Below are positions 15,201 through 20,421 of a stretch of DNA of 30,434 nt, piece by piece. Source of the DNA: an uncultured Methanosarcinales archaeon (GTDB taxonomy: Archaea; Nanobdellota; Nanobdellia; Woesearchaeales; CAZYIM01); NCBI GenBank assembly GCA_964647565.1, contig CAZYIM010000026.1:10762-41195 (forward strand), read 5' to 3'. The notes beneath the pieces are model-generated. The model had not been told where the DNA came from, searched no databases, and was given only the letters and a program-made list of their open reading frames with translations. Within the stretch, counting starts at the first letter, position 1. The number at the start of each line of letters is the position of its first letter. Both the position numbers and the translations under genes were made by a program.

Positions 15201-17760
15201 CTTTGCCAATGATACCGCAGGCAATATCAACAACTCAGGAACCTATGAGTGCTTCTTTGTATTGAACACAGCACCTACATATGACCAGAGCCTGACAGCG
15301 CAGACTGTGAATGTTAGTGATTCCTCTTTTGTCTATGACATCAACTGCACTGAGATTGACGGTGATACTCTGACCTATTACGATAATACCACTCTCTTTG
15401 ACATCAACACCACTTCAGGAGTTATAAACCACAGTCTCTCAGAGTCTGACGCGGGGTCGTATAATGTTCAGATAACCTGTGGAGATGGCTATGATAACAC
15501 CAGCCAGACCTTCACTTACACTATATATGACAATGTGGTTCCAACCACAGTCCTGGTCAGTCCTGCTGACACAACTATAACTGTGTTAGGAGGTGTGATG
15601 ACTACCTTTAATTGTTCAGCAACAGACAGCTATGGCCTGAAGAATGTCAGCCTCTACATCACCGACAGCGATAACCAGAGCTTCAGCTTTAACTCTTCAT
15701 CAAGCCTGTCAGGAACAAGTGATTGGGCCAACTGGACATATAACATGACAATTGGCAACTACACATGGAATTGCCTGGTCTACGATACCTACAACAACTC
15801 AGACTGGGCTGTAAACAGGAGCTATATAGTGCAGCGTCCTGTGAAACACTGGAACAATACTTATTTGACAAACGGGAAGCAACCAGGAGTTTGGAATATC
15901 AGTACAAGGGCAACGGCAAAATGGTTCTACACAGTAAGCCAGGTAAGAGCTAGGAACTTCACGTTAAATAGTTCACCTGGAAATGCTGCGCCAACAAACC
16001 CAACACCCATAATAAATTCAAGCGACGGTACGAACTACTCAAGCCAGGATCTGAATTGCTTAGCAACTCTGGATGATGATGACAACGATACTATGAATGT
16101 GTCTGTAAGGTGGTTTGTTGGAGGGATCCTGAATATTACAGCACACTTCAACAACAGTTATGCGAATGGAACTGACTTCAATGCAACGCTGGGATCTGGT
16201 AACACATCTGCAGGCCAATCCTGGAGCTGTTCAATGAGAGTGTATGACCAGAATGGCAGCAGTGATTGGGGAAACTCAAGTTATTTGCTTGTGAAGGCAG
16301 AGGACGTGGGGCCGCCAAATGTTTCCAGTCTTGACTATCCTGGCAATGACAGTTTGATATTTAATCTTCCTATTGATTTCAACTTTACTGTCAGCGACGA
16401 TGTTCAGCTAGTTAACTGTAGCTTATTTGCTAATTTTTCACAAGTATGGGAAATAAACAAGACTATCTATCCGCCAACTAATGTTGAAGCGATGTACAAC
16501 ATGACAGTCAGTCCGCCAGATGGTAATTATATATGGAACGTGGTCTGTTATGACGCTGCATCTCCTCCCAATTTGGGTTGGTTTGGCTCTAATTACACAG
16601 TCGAGGTTGATGGAGCAGCCCCTACTTGGGCAAATCAGGAGAACGATGCGGATTGGAACACGACAACATTTGACAATATCACTTTCAATATCACTTTCAC
16701 AGACAAGACCCCTGATACATACACCCTAAGTATCTTCGACAGAATTTGCGATGCTCCTGGTTGTTTTAACGAATGGACCAACTATACAGGAACCTATACT
16801 TCAGGTGAGAAAATCAGCAGGGTTATTCAGATCCGTGCCAAGGGTGGGGAAGTCTTCAAATGGAGATGGTATGCAAATGATAGTGCAGGAAGGCTTCTAA
16901 AAACGCAATACTGGTTTGAATATGCTCATGGAGCTCCTCCTCCGCCTGATGAATATAATTCAACCTGGGATGGAGAGAACTTCACCTTCTATTGGGAAAA
17001 CATAACAAATGCCACTCAGTACAGGATTTACATGTTCGATGATCTGAATGATGATTACTGGGATTACCAGAACATATCTGGATCAACAAATACATTTATG
17101 CATGAAAATGCATCCCAATATGAACGTATGTTTTATAAGCTTGCCTGTGTAAATGATGAAGGAGAAACCAATACATCGGTTTTAATGGGCAACTGGAGAT
17201 ACACCTTAGAAAGAGAACCGGGAGGACTTAACAAGAACTGGATATCCCTGCCAATAAATAACTCTGATTACGAAAGAGCAAGCGACTTGCTTTCAGCCCT
17301 GTCGTATGCTACTGCAATCACATACTGGAATGCAAGTACGCAACAGGCTGTTGGCTGTACCTTGGCCTACTGTCCCACATCATGTGAACCTACCGCATGT
17401 GACTTCTACCTAAAGCCTGGACAGGCTTATGAGGTGGACTTGAATTCAACAGCACCAGAACAGCTTAACTGGACGCTTAATGGAATTGTTTTTGGTAGGA
17501 CCAATATTTCCCTTGATCGCAATGTTTCAGGCGCAAACTGGATTGCTGTACCTGCAGACACAGAACTAAACTGGTCCTCAGATCTTGTGACTAGTATCGG
17601 TGCAAGTAAAGTTGTGGCAGTAAACAAATGGAACGCCTCGACTCAGGCATCCATGGGATGGGTAAATCTTAGAGGCGGAAGAGGCATTAATTTCCCGCTC
17701 ATAGGCCGTGAGGGCTATGAAGTCTGGGTAAATGACTCTGTGGATTGGGAGCAGACGTGA
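2608..17760 (+). CDS. Giant multidomain cell-surface adhesin-like glycoprotein (at least 5050 aa, 5'-truncated)
   Basis: 15.1-kb uninterrupted ORF. LamG/ConA-like domains (IDEVAxWNRSLS), FG-GAP/VCBS DxDxDG repeats, RCC1 repeats, SBBP-like repeats, many Ig-like domains and very dense N-x-S/T sequons. It starts mid-domain (LMHFNNESAFGEN; compare GLVLLMHFNNESAFGEN at ~14164) with an in-frame TAA at 2596-2598 and no signal peptide. Confidence 0.92.
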   Translation: MLMHFNNESAFGENSTYVYDWSGTGNNGTVYGGTIPNELAKFGKSFNYSASDDYITVDDHASIKNMDEMTVAVWIYPYNTDGVGSDTQTIVQKDNLNNGNERPWILGWWSNNNPVFGMTNSSNGFVKAVSSVDANQDSWNHMVGRLNSTHLTIFLNGFERGSVPRTNLDATSNTDPVTLGRLSYTDAWPFLGLIDEVAIWNRSLSEAEIEALYNYSKTKFYPVFQNETLGDGNYVWNVLAYDNATSSQSDWDSNRSLLVDGSAPVINSKGVNVSSVSPGAGVCINASVTESLSSVDAVWATVTQSNGSVFNTSEFSDTGDCAGAGGDGWYSVNVSVGDVGGTFYYNVTYVNNSVGVVGSNSSAVNITVNTVDDAPNVSLSSPDDASFDADGNVIFNCTVTDDNSIGNITLYGNWSGSWIANKTVDFGSNGEHWDTGDLGNTYAVTFADLDNDGKKNDVIVASYDSGLPENYIRAYWPNGSVRWDESPDKKSAGFVRAVHAMDVDGDGFDNDIIVEFSSGLFAVYNESGNNVSESPYPQNWMVTMGEADLDGNGVYDLVTIGREFTGEVRAYNTTDNGSSWNNVWNKTGMTYAMAEIEGFDADSDNKTDEMLLVGFAEIYCVEARNGSVIWSNTSTEIPSLASAAAAVLDLNHDGNRNEVVYSAGYFAPYNLYAVEGDTGDVIWTSDIPMHSSAQYNRELIPADLDNDGWIDDFVVSNYYIHGVNNDSTVLWNFTTPTAYIYSVAVGDLTGDDEVEIVAGGDQGIVWVLNRTGALLWSKDLGQGDIGTALGKGEAISIADFNDDGINDFAVATLNGFVNVFSLVTSNVTVSFNVTGISDGTHSWNCLAYDNNSQSDWGDTNNTLTVDSTAPVINSKGVNVSSVSPGAGVCINASVTESLSSVDAVWATVTQSNGSVFNTSEFSDTGDCAGAGGDGWYSVNVSVGDVGGTFYYNVTYVNNSLGLLGSNSSVVSISVDAAPNTTLVTPANGAGLTSTTVRFISNVTDGNNVVNATLYTNETSWSAKETRWNGEIAYNDTGLVFLAHFNNESLFGENDTYVYDWSGTGNNGTSYVNNSDGSVRGPNATGKFGGSFRFDGNDYINAGKDASLNVGGGNFTFAAWAKLYSNSSDSEIVVKGDLGQAIDLRYDFDEDSWQFTVSAGGWQYAKYLQESPVINTWYHVVGIRNGSTIKVYVNGVEGNTVDTVGTVANLVTYNLVIGRIGDTADRYFNGTIDEVAVWNRSLSASEIMALYNYTKTKFYPVFQNETLSEADYVWNVLAYDNNSQSDWDTNNSFTVLDTINPSISNLAINTSLVKNQSFAKLNASITDNIGAINRATFTVNNSVAAANYTAIDNYPEFYYNYQCNASATIQWSHAYANDSAGNNDSNLNFGLNFVCDADRPVINNDGSNTTSVVVGSKACLSINVTDNLVVDASSVIAQVYNTSDWLNLSMSNASSNCGSAGGSVFTVELTLNAGGTWNYSKVYASDTAGNSQSYDFNDRTISAGELVTPTNPASYISVDRDGVNASVADSALLVAKLSNGTSGVTVTFKANLTDPIIADQTNLTLDTAVTNATGYASITWSGNDSLGEMYAGNYTWWPEATGYNLNGTKIIYLYGGMNLTFRYTTTDPNTNYTVGNTITFDTLLDSKGPESRGQLNSTYSGNVSLILTNPLGSNTTLVLIDPGPDDAPRRGTAASKKGEGTSKNEVKLVVEEKLAVVEDRRAQVEASSTNDYYAPDGSIGGTWAQVADADQAPDDTPDTDDIDNAKELFTYGFSGWPAGVTVNDVWLMLRWQISATGDDDLELKYKLTSGGTWLDLDGTTFASDDAGVFTANRSVGAYATQAYKITSGLSLANLDDLYLGVNADKDAGGDNDNADIDAIWLRLNYTVPDASPNVSSLDYPGDGISLEPGLVDFNFSASDDSKISNCSLWANFSGTWARNVTVLNPTNNSEVNFTVNVSLGNYIWNVQCFDNATTPQGDWYDSNYSVIVSWFKPTVLDVSVVPSAGVNGTVLNISANVTDVYGLGVVKALLEYPNGTNFINVTLDNSSGGTIYYNETYVIDTNEVWGNFTVTVWTNNSKNVINQSESVQFIPYWNVSQNKSITVDGDATDWSNMANLTDLLGDSLEYNGFVQVATGYRHGCAIRFNGSAYCWGLSGEGQVGYGGISTQGLPVAVNIVNNNFSLISVGKYHSCGVHVNGSAYCWGLSGEGQVGYGGIESQLTPIAVNIAVNNFSDIDAGGDHTCALHVNGSAYCWGEGLYGKLGNGDEGNRTVPTQVNYAPNNWTTISGGAWQHTCALPVNGSAYCWGRGLYGVLGDGGTVQQNTPVAVSIGVNNWSSISAAKVHTCGVHINGSAYCWGVGTDGELGYGGTSAAENLPLAVNFSPNNWTAIYASDEHTCGVVPNGSAYCWGNGSYGALGYGGNDSQFVPISVNKIPNNWSVLSQDDGEFFSCGILYNGTLYCWGEAGTSKRTGLNSMTDVFVPTQVVFDYSQPITEFDLKTVSVTNNETRIFGLLIDGDGLVDVSNGFEYYRIYLSTSSGGNSSSPEGNSLPFAYDYRVQVNGSVCYVYNVSFDNMSSCSFANSGGVLELSVSLEDLGASTGDVWNVSFETANSTARYDLAPDSASFVRFPLTGSFDFGVPLVSSVSVVPGIGVNGSVLNVSAVVTDDNTVSIVKAMLNYPNGSNFVNVSLDNTGGGSVYYNATYALDNLGVWGNLTATIYATDTGGYINQSESAQFIPYWNVSQNGSITLDGAVGDWSTLAKLSEPSSGDAASSYSLNWSYNWTSPENRHDIAYDVFEDSNGSVYVVGYGSNTSGNGNARDWLVQKLNSDNSLNWSYNWSSSAFQNDEAYGVAVDSNGFVYVAGYGKNVVGQGNTPDWVVQKLNSDGGLNWSYNWSSPGSNWDIVESVAVDSSGFVYAAGRGMNASGNGIAYDWLVQKLNSDGSLNWSYNWTSAWEFGDDEPYGVAVDDSGFVYVAGYGINASGSGNANDWLVQKLNSEGSLWWSYNWSTAGSNTDTAEGVAVNSSGFVYVVGNGFNASGSGNTNDWVVQKLSIGGTIDLKAVSVSNNDSYLFGLVEVGGSVDASGADDYYRMYISTTSSGNSTSPEGNSLPFPYDYRVQINGSTCYVYNTSFVNMSSCSFASSSSYLEFSFNFSDLGLSVNDTVNITFETANSTTDGFDLAPDYASFVKYTIKEVDLAATDDAPTTNLVSPSTATFDSDGNVIFNCTVTDNYGIANITLYGNWSGSWTKNITIDYGQNGVHWSTSDIGTVFNVKFADLNNDSIIDTLLSDATNSPPGERVMAYYFNGSSGWNYTSDRAKAFFIGDVDGDSDNDVFALDQRGFTILNNTGGLIDNDILNLPIVATLAVTDMDNDSVYDLLAIGDSSNRFVYVFNATTYDNWENVYNITFPDNTQDYPTELLFADIDGDGIKDELLVADSDNGLYVMNATDGTFIWNSTSSRRAKAMVLVDLNDDGDEEIVFGGQKWDDKQVFAYFKNYTQYWNISISLTQNWIYEIDTADLDNDGKTDELVIGTQDGDIYAYDETGSFMWNFTGPSNLMLSIAVGDLDNDGEDEIAAGGDDHVLYIIDRNGNSLWNYSTAGDIGADTFGFGAIDIADLNQDGVNDIAVADQDGYVYLITVPTNDTIASYNVAGLSDGNYVWNCLAYDNASQTDWANSNNTLTVDSSAPVINSKGINVSSADPGDTVCINASVTESLSSVDAVWATITQSNGTVTNTSEFSDTGDCAGVGSDGWYSVNVNVGTTGGTFYYNVTYVNNSVGLLGSDTTPASIAVDAAPNTNLVSPVNGAGQSSSVVRFVSNVTDGNNVVNATLYTNETTWSAKETRWNGEVAYNDTGLVLLMHFNNESAFGENDTVVFDWSGNGNNGTMGAGNEFINSAGRFGGSLKLDGVSDYVDVGNTSSLKINSSITMSAWFKFDELPSVLGRQGYIMGKGRSLSGSGVYGYSLVIHTDDDAYWDIYDSSGLRDYQPCNLPTLQKDVWYHIGVTWDGTNDANGKRCYLNGNSTDNNTVTIKNISMPDMNFYIGKDKVREDYDFNGSIDEVAVWNRSLSHAEMKALYNYTKTTYQPVFQNRTVADGNYVWNVLAYDNNSQSDWDTNNSLTVDASFPYFSNNATTGVYKKNTNYTANVTVNDNSLDYVWIESNHTGTMNNYSVTDISGMEYNFSTSLNISAGRGNKVCHRFFANDTAGNINNSGTYECFFVLNTAPTYDQSLTAQTVNVSDSSFVYDINCTEIDGDTLTYYDNTTLFDINTTSGVINHSLSESDAGSYNVQITCGDGYDNTSQTFTYTIYDNVVPTTVLVSPADTTITVLGGVMTTFNCSATDSYGLKNVSLYITDSDNQSFSFNSSSSLSGTSDWANWTYNMTIGNYTWNCLVYDTYNNSDWAVNRSYIVQRPVKHWNNTYLTNGKQPGVWNISTRATAKWFYTVSQVRARNFTLNSSPGNAAPTNPTPIINSSDGTNYSSQDLNCLATLDDDDNDTMNVSVRWFVGGILNITAHFNNSYANGTDFNATLGSGNTSAGQSWSCSMRVYDQNGSSDWGNSSYLLVKAEDVGPPNVSSLDYPGNDSLIFNLPIDFNFTVSDDVQLVNCSLFANFSQVWEINKTIYPPTNVEAMYNMTVSPPDGNYIWNVVCYDAASPPNLGWFGSNYTVEVDGAAPTWANQENDADWNTTTFDNITFNITFTDKTPDTYTLSIFDRICDAPGCFNEWTNYTGTYTSGEKISRVIQIRAKGGEVFKWRWYANDSAGRLLKTQYWFEYAHGAPPPPDEYNSTWDGENFTFYWENITNATQYRIYMFDDLNDDYWDYQNISGSTNTFMHENASQYERMFYKLACVNDEGETNTSVLMGNWRYTLEREPGGLNKNWISLPINNSDYERASDLLSALSYATAITYWNASTQQAVGCTLAYCPTSCEPTACDFYLKPGQAYEVDLNSTAPEQLNWTLNGIVFGRTNISLDRNVSGANWIAVPADTELNWSSDLVTSIGASKVVAVNKWNASTQASMGWVNLRGGRGINFPLIGREGYEVWVNDSVDWEQT
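3392..3663 (+). repeat. 272-bp direct repeat, copy 1 (Ig-like module APVINSKG...YYNVTYVNN)
   Basis: Base-for-base identical to 5210-5481 (offset 1818). A diverged third copy lies at ~13658-13929. Confidence 0.95.
3895..5070 (+). other. FG-GAP/VCBS-type beta-propeller 1 (second copy at ~12375-13520)
   Basis: Seven DxDxDG-like Ca-binding loops (ADLDNDGK, MDVDGDGF, ADLDGNGV, FDADSDNK, LDLNHDGN, ADLDNDGW, GDLTGDDE) plus ADFNDDGI. Confidence 0.85.
5210..5481 (+). repeat. 272-bp direct repeat, copy 2
   Basis: Identical to 3392-3663. Confidence 0.95.
8985..10065 (+). repeat. RCC1-like seven-bladed beta-propeller (7 x ~51 aa)
   Basis: Seven repeats of G..H.C....NGSAYCWG....G.LG.G.......P..V. A 53-bp stretch is identical between blades 1 and 2 (9037-9089 = 9190-9242). 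Confidence 0.9.
10927..11760 (+). repeat. SBBP/NHL-like beta-propeller repeats (5 x ~56 aa, ~168-bp period)
   Basis: Five copies of LNWSYNW.S.....D.A.GVAVDS.GFVYV.G.G.N.SG.G...DW.VQKLNS. Confidence 0.85.
13658..13929 (+). repeat. Diverged third copy of the 272-bp module
   Basis: APVINSKGINVSSADPG...YYNVTYVNN, with long identical patches against copies 1 and 2 interspersed with substitutions. Confidence 0.9.
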
Positions 17761-17762
17761 GA

Positions 17763-19826
17763 ATGATGAATAAAAATAAAAAATCCGGATGGCGCATGAC
17801 TCGAATAATTGTGTTGATCTTAATAGCAATCATATTGATATCAGATGCCTCTGCTCTTGTACACTGGGTTTGCGGCAGTGTGGCTGACGCTGCAGATGGC
17901 ACCAACGCTTACCATAAAGAGATAAGAATATACTATGATGATGCTGATAGTTACTCACCCTGTACTGTGGGCGTTGAGAGTAAGTACTGCTGTGATGCAG
18001 GGGCAATACCCAACTTGGATTGGACAATAGGTGATGTTGTCAACCTTTATATTCCTGACCCTGGAGACAACTACTATGCCGATGCTGTTAGTGTCGTAAC
18101 CACAGGGGAGGGTTTTGATACAGCACCTGACCTGCTTCTGACATCTGATTTGATGATACTTTTGCCTTTAAACCAGACATATAGAGTGAACTATACGACC
18201 TTAAGCATAATCTCAAAAGACTCTTACAGCAGGGCCATATGGTATGACTTGGACAATAAAGGTAATATAACCATCTGCAATGTTTGTACAACAGCCATAA
18301 GAAACCTTACAGGCCTAGGTGATACAACCCATACAGTAAAGGCCTATGCAATTGACGCCTCCAACAACATAATATCTAAGCAAAGGAATTTTGTAATAGA
18401 TGCAATAAACGATCCACCGACAGTGATTATGGCAGATGATATATTGACTGCTACAGAGAACGTGCTTTTTACATATGATGTGAATGCAACAGATCCTGAC
18501 GGTGATAACGTGCAGTTCTTTACAGACTCAAGCCTGTTTACCATAGATGTTGATACAGGGCTGATTAACTTTACACCTGGGCCTAGCGATGGCGGTAACT
18601 ATACAATAACCATCTCTGCTAGGGATACTGCAAACGCAACTGGCACAAAAGTAATCCTGCTTGAGATTATTCCTGTGAATGATCCGCCAAGCATTGATGA
18701 CTTCTACCCTGCGACAACACCTGTGACCATAACAGAAGGGGAAACATTGACTTTCAGCATAAGTAAGTCAGATCCTGATGCGACAACTCCGACAGTTAAG
18801 TGGTATAGGAACAACTCAGAGCTGGCAGGTGAAGATGGTGATTACTATACTTTCAGATCTGGCAGCCAATTTAGCAATCCCTTAGGATCTTATAAGATAA
18901 AAGCAGAGATCAGTGATGGAGAATTTTCAGTCAACCAACAATGGGTGTTGTTTGTCGCTGAACAAGAAAGCACTTCTTCTACCCGACAGGAGATTGATCC
19001 GTTTACAATCACTGTAGATAATGCTGACGATCCTGAACTCGCTATAACCAGCCTGATAATAACGACCAATGGAGAGACAAGAAACGTTGGTATAACTCTT
19101 AAGAGATTGGATGGGAAGCCGTCCTGGCTTGTTATGGACGATCCTAATAAGATTTACCAATATATAGAGATAATACATAACAACCTGACATCAGATGAAA
19201 TTGATCAGGTCAAAATAAGGTTTACTGTTGAAAAGGCCTGGCTTGAATCCAATAACTTCGATCCTAGTATTGTGATCCTAAAAAGATATGAGAACTCCAG
19301 CTGGCATGCTCTGGAGACTCATTTGCTAAAAGAGGATGATGAATATTTCTATTATGAATCTGTCTCAAACAGATTGTCCTTATATATAATAACTATTGCA
19401 GAGCCAATTAAGCAAGAACTAGAGAAGGAAGAAGAGCCGAAGAAAGACGAGCCTGAGGAAGAGGATATAACGCCTATTAACTTAACTGAAATTGTTCGTC
19501 AGATACCATATTTAGATGTAGTCATGGTTCTTGCGATAACAGCTGTGTTGGCAATGTTGGTAGCTTCATTCATATTCAATCTTAAAAAGGGAAATCTTAA
19601 GTTTGTCAGAAAAAAGAAACAACAAATACGAGGGGCTCAGAGAAAAAAAGGAAAGCAAGAAAAAGGAAAACCTGATGAACTAGTAGTCCCGACACCGCCC
19701 AAGAACATGGACAGGTATGTGATTAAAGATAAGGTTCCACGACCTTCTGAAGAGAAACATATGCGGCCTAGTTTAAAAGAAAAGGTTCGCAAATCTAAGA
19801 GCAAGAAACGCAAGAATAAGAAATAA
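17763..19826 (+). CDS. Membrane-anchored surface protein with cadherin/Ig-like domains, PGF-pre-PGF domain, C-terminal TM helix and basic cytoplasmic tail
   Basis: Start is ATG17763 or ATG17796, just after the giant gene's stop. Signal peptide IIVLILIAIILISDASA; NDPP...ATDPDGD...GLINFTP; IYQYIEI...IRFTVEKAWLESN...LKRY...W..LET...YFYYES...LS.Y.I; TM VVMVLAITAVLAMLVASFIF; Lys-rich tail. Confidence 0.85.
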   Translation: MMNKNKKSGWRMTRIIVLILIAIILISDASALVHWVCGSVADAADGTNAYHKEIRIYYDDADSYSPCTVGVESKYCCDAGAIPNLDWTIGDVVNLYIPDPGDNYYADAVSVVTTGEGFDTAPDLLLTSDLMILLPLNQTYRVNYTTLSIISKDSYSRAIWYDLDNKGNITICNVCTTAIRNLTGLGDTTHTVKAYAIDASNNIISKQRNFVIDAINDPPTVIMADDILTATENVLFTYDVNATDPDGDNVQFFTDSSLFTIDVDTGLINFTPGPSDGGNYTITISARDTANATGTKVILLEIIPVNDPPSIDDFYPATTPVTITEGETLTFSISKSDPDATTPTVKWYRNNSELAGEDGDYYTFRSGSQFSNPLGSYKIKAEISDGEFSVNQQWVLFVAEQESTSSTRQEIDPFTITVDNADDPELAITSLIITTNGETRNVGITLKRLDGKPSWLVMDDPNKIYQYIEIIHNNLTSDEIDQVKIRFTVEKAWLESNNFDPSIVILKRYENSSWHALETHLLKEDDEYFYYESVSNRLSLYIITIAEPIKQELEKEEEPKKDEPEEEDITPINLTEIVRQIPYLDVVMVLAITAVLAMLVASFIFNLKKGNLKFVRKKKQQIRGAQRKKGKQEKGKPDELVVPTPPKNMDRYVIKDKVPRPSEEKHMRPSLKEKVRKSKSKKRKNKK

Positions 19827-19916
19827 AAGGTTTTTATTTATGATGATTTAATTGCTGCTTGCGGAGAAAGTAGCAGGATAAATCCTCCTTTCTTAACAGA
19901 GCCCAATTATAAAAAC

Positions 19917-19953
19917 ATTTAAATACAAATATGCTGTTTTTTTAGTGGAGGTG
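19917..19953 (+). promoter_or_regulatory. TATA box (ATTTAAATA) and archaeal Shine-Dalgarno GGAGGTG for the 151-aa gene
   Basis: A-rich BRE-like run followed by TTTAAATA at 19918-19925; GGAGGTG at 19947-19953, 10 nt before ATG19964. Confidence 0.65.
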
Positions 19954-19963
19954 TTGTAGTGGG

Positions 19964-20419
19964 ATGTTAAGCAAGAAAAAAGTTTATAGACTAGTAATCA
20001 TACTCTTGCCAATCTTTCTTTTAATTATGTTGAGTCTTTCTAGTTACATAAGTGGCGATCCGCCAGGAAATTCAACAGAGTTCCCATCATTAACAATACC
20101 TCCTGGCTGGAGCCGTAATTTTCCTGAAGTGGCCAATTTCAGCGATAAAGGGTTTTCGCTTAAAGCTCCACCAGGAAAGATGAAGAACAACATTATAACT
20201 TTGCCGCCAGGAACTCAAATAACAACAGCTGAAGAGTTGCTGGAGTCAATACCTGATGCTGTTGCTGTTAACTGGCAGGATCCTGAGACCAACAAGACCT
20301 ATGGATGGACTAATGTACGGGGGGGTAGGGGAATAAACTTTGAGATAAAGCCAAATACGCCTTATGAAGTATACCTAAAGGACCCAGTCGATTGGACTCC
20401 GCCCTCGCTAAAGCCTTGA
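19964..20419 (+). CDS. Small N-terminally anchored protein carrying a stand-alone copy of the giant protein's C-terminal domain
   Basis: KKK followed by a hydrophobic helix; GWTNVRGGRGINFEIKPNTPYEVYLKDPVDW aligns with the giant protein's GWVNLRGGRGINFPLIGREGYEVWVNDSVDW. Confidence 0.85.
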   Translation: MLSKKKVYRLVIILLPIFLLIMLSLSSYISGDPPGNSTEFPSLTIPPGWSRNFPEVANFSDKGFSLKAPPGKMKNNIITLPPGTQITTAEELLESIPDAVAVNWQDPETNKTYGWTNVRGGRGINFEIKPNTPYEVYLKDPVDWTPPSLKP

Positions 20420-20421
20420 CC

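Noticed and set aside
19840..19900. Possible C/D box sRNA (ATGATGA...CGGA...CAGA) and hairpin between two surface genes
   Set aside because: The D, D' and C' boxes are all degenerate, and the 8-bp hairpin (19853-19875) is equally explained as a terminator or mRNA-end structure.
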